NCBI GenBank assembly: GCA_036172245.1
Contig: JAYWIR010000008.1
Span: 4,030,001 to 4,094,000, forward strand
Direction of reading: 5' to 3'
DNA: 64,000 nucleotides
From: Raillietiella orientalis
Taxonomy: Eukaryota
The notes under the pieces are model-generated. The model had not been told where the DNA came from and ran no database searches. It saw nothing but the letters and a program-made list of their open reading frames with translations. Below are positions 61,201-64,000 of this stretch, piece by piece (positions within the stretch are counted from its first letter, which is position 1; each line of letters starts with the position of its first letter). The translations under genes and the position numbers were made by a program.

Positions 61201-64000
61201 CAGGGTTGCGTCGCTTCCCCGGACGACCACTTCTCCTGTCGGTTTTCTTCTTGCCAGGTCTTTTTCGCCCCCGCAAGCAGGGCGAGCTCCGCCTCCACTT
61301 GACGGCTTTCGGAACGAACGGGCAACTGTTGGGAGTCTGCCTGTTTGCTGTGCAGTGTCCTCTATCCTTCCTTCCTTCCTCCTCCTCCTCCTCGGCGCTC
61401 CGCGACCCAGACGCCTTCGAGAGGGATTTCCCATCTTCTTCAGTGTCGTCTTCCATCCTCCCAGCCGGCCGAGAGGACTCCTCAGCTCCGCTCTCTTCCG
61501 GGGTTGTTCGTGAGATGCTCCCGTCTTTCTCCTGCTCCTCGGTCGCCTGCCTCCCTCCTTGCTCCCATGGAGGCGTGGGAGGCGTCCCTCGTCTTCCTCC
61601 GTGCCCCCTTCCCCTCCCCTCGCCCACCTTCCCCTGTCTGCGCTCATAGCAGCCGTGTGGGGCACCTCGGGTATGCCCACGACCTGACTCTCTGCTTCTC
61701 CCTGGAACAGCCAGGAAGGCGGACCTGGGACATGGACCGCCGCTGCCCGTACACGTGACGTTTCGCTCTGCCGCCGCCTCTTCTGAGGAGGGGTTGATAA
61801 GGGGGAGGAAAGGTGTGCGAAGTAGACTTGGAGGCGAGTCAGCAGGCCCGCTCCCTTTCGCCGGCCCGCCTCGTCTCGCCTTCCTCTTCCCAGAACGAGT
61901 GCTCCTCCCGGAAAGGATGATGGGTGCAGCGATGACCCGGGCTGGCGACCGAAGGATCCCCGCATTGCAGGACGGGAGAGAGGAGGGGCGGCCGGGAAAA
62001 ACATGGTTCCGGAGTTAGGTAGAGGGGCATTTCCACCTTACCCCTTCCCGCCGGGCCTGCAGCCCGCAAGAGATCCTTGGGAAGGCGGGGGTTGGAACCA
62101 CCTGCACGACGAAACCATCTGGAAGAGGCACTTCATCGCGCAGCAGGGAGCAAAGGGCAACGGAGGGTTCGCAAGGGAAGGCAGACGCCGCCCCGGGAGA
62201 ATCTGCGAACGCGGAAGACTCCGAGAGGCAGGCTGGGGAGGAGGCGCTCACCCGAGGAGTATCGCCGCCGCCAGACCTTTCTGCGAACGTTCCCGCTCGT
62301 GTGGCGCTGGTCGGAATCCTGGCTCAGACGAGGGCTCAGCCCTGACCACTGCCATGGGGAACCTTCGACGCGAAACCCCGGCAACACGCCTGACCCCTCC
62401 TCCCGCGAGGGAGCTCCAGCGTTCGCGCGTCCGAGAGACTCACCAGCATCCCCACGTGGCTGCCCGGCGGCGTCTGGAAAATTCCCGAGACACCGTCCGA
62501 GGACCACGCGGCGCTCTAGCGCCTTGATCGGGGCAAAGCAGCGGCGCCGTAACCTCCGGTCGCCGAGTTCGCAACCGCGTGCGAAGTTACGAAGATGCAA
62601 ACATGGCTTTGAAGGGGAGGAGGGGAGGGGAAGGGGGAGTGCGCGCGCACTCGGCCACGGTCCCTGTGTATGTGAGGATGTCCTCCTCTCGGCTGCAGCC
62701 GCCAGGAGTGGCGTAAAAGAAACGTCTTTGTGCGTCGTTTTGCCGCATCCCTCAATGCGAGCATCACGCAGTGGGGGACAGAGGCGCGTCCGTTTGGACT
62801 GTGCCGCGATTTTTTATTTGCGCACTAATTAACGCACCCAATGAACTCGCCGTTTTGTTTTTGTTTTTTTTTCGGTTTTATTATTTTCCTCTCTTTTGTT
62901 CTCTTCATTCTGGGAGGGGTGGGGGGAAGAGGAGGAGCACGCGGGTGCTCGTCTCACGTCACCTGGAAGCGAGTGAGCTGCGCGGTCACTTCGTGGCGCG
63001 GGGAAAGCGCGGCCGTGCTATGCGTGGACCTGCTGTACTCCCCCTTTTCAATCAGGGCGCATGAGCGCGTCTCGGCTTCGTGAAAATTCGTGATTATACA
63101 AAAGCGCGCATGGCAGTGTTTTAGCAGGAAAATAAAACGGGGACAAAAAAAATGGTTCCAGCAGCCTCCATAATCAGCGTGCGACAGAGCCGTTCCGAAG
63201 AGCGTGATGCCAGGGATGGAGGAACATAAATTTTATACGGTCTGCTGGAATCGTGCCGTTGTACCTGCGGAGGATCCATCACGCGCGTTTAATTCCGGGG
63301 TGTTCCGGGGAAGTTCGTTCTCGAAAATGGCTGACGCTCCGTCGTTCTTCCGCCGTGATCGACCTTAAATGATCCTCCGGCTCTTCGGTATCGAAAGGAG
63401 TTCAGGGGCAGCTGATTAGCCGACTCATAAGGGAAGCACTCGCAGTTCGGTATCTCCCATTAGGGCGCAGTAAAAAGGAGCATCCCATCAGCGTCCTCCT
63501 CACTTGCATCCGTGGCGAGGACTCCGCTCTCCTCTCATCCTGAATGCCAGTAAACAACCACGTGCCCATCTGAACGCGTGCTGGGGAAGCGGCGCTCCTC
63601 CTTCGGTCCACTCCTGGCGCGCCACCTCCTCCTCCACTCGTGACCTTCTCTGGATGGCCGGCGTGCCGGACTCCTCCCTCCGTCCACTTCTCCGTCGCGG
63701 GCATTTCGCGATCTCCACTGGCGCGGCGCCACCCCCAGAAAAGCGCGCCCTGTCGCAGGATCCTTCCCTCCCCGCGTGCCCCCTCGTCACGGGACGCAAC
63801 TTGCGGCCCTCGGCAAGAGGGCCGGATATGAGCCGAGGCAGAGCGTAGGCGCAGAGGCTTTTTCGGTTCCGGAAGAACGGGGACAGCCCGCAAGGAACGG
63901 GGATCCACGCATGCCGCCTGAATTTCCGGGAGTGAGCGCGCATCCTAGAGGCTCCGCGCCGAACTTCCGCTAGAGGCCTCTGGCGAGCTTTTCCGTCGAG

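Overview
This window looks like eukaryotic, probably animal, nuclear DNA; I cannot assign the taxon. It has microsatellites, long homopolymers, a tRNA-like dispersed repeat, and no operons, rRNA or CRISPR array. I recognise no intact gene, and most six-frame ORFs are GC-driven artefacts. It is a mosaic of very GC-rich blocks and AT-richer islands (~34.9-36.8, 48.7-51.6, 57.0-57.4, 59.4-60.3 and 62.8-63.4 kb). The main hidden structure comes from by-eye alignment across frames and strands. The first ~44 kb holds an array of roughly 10-16 frameshifted or stop-disrupted, apparently intronless paralogs of one unidentified ~400-500 aa protein ('family X'), in both orientations. Shared motifs are HVDxGxL, SGILP, G[VT]RW, LxxWG[LI]PCxxxRH, CAALRxLWxR, RD[VI]xxxF, [RK]D[AT]x[HY]xxxxF[ML][RK] and ELAGILxRMQxT. 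Three copies also share a non-coding 3' module with compensatorily mutated hairpins. Other elements are two copies of a short tRNA-like (A/B-box) element, a probable Mutator-like transposase relic next to a higher-order ~50-bp tandem array, a 44-bp-arm foldback rich in G-U pairs, and hints of two further small decayed families. All alignments are manual and no database searches were run.
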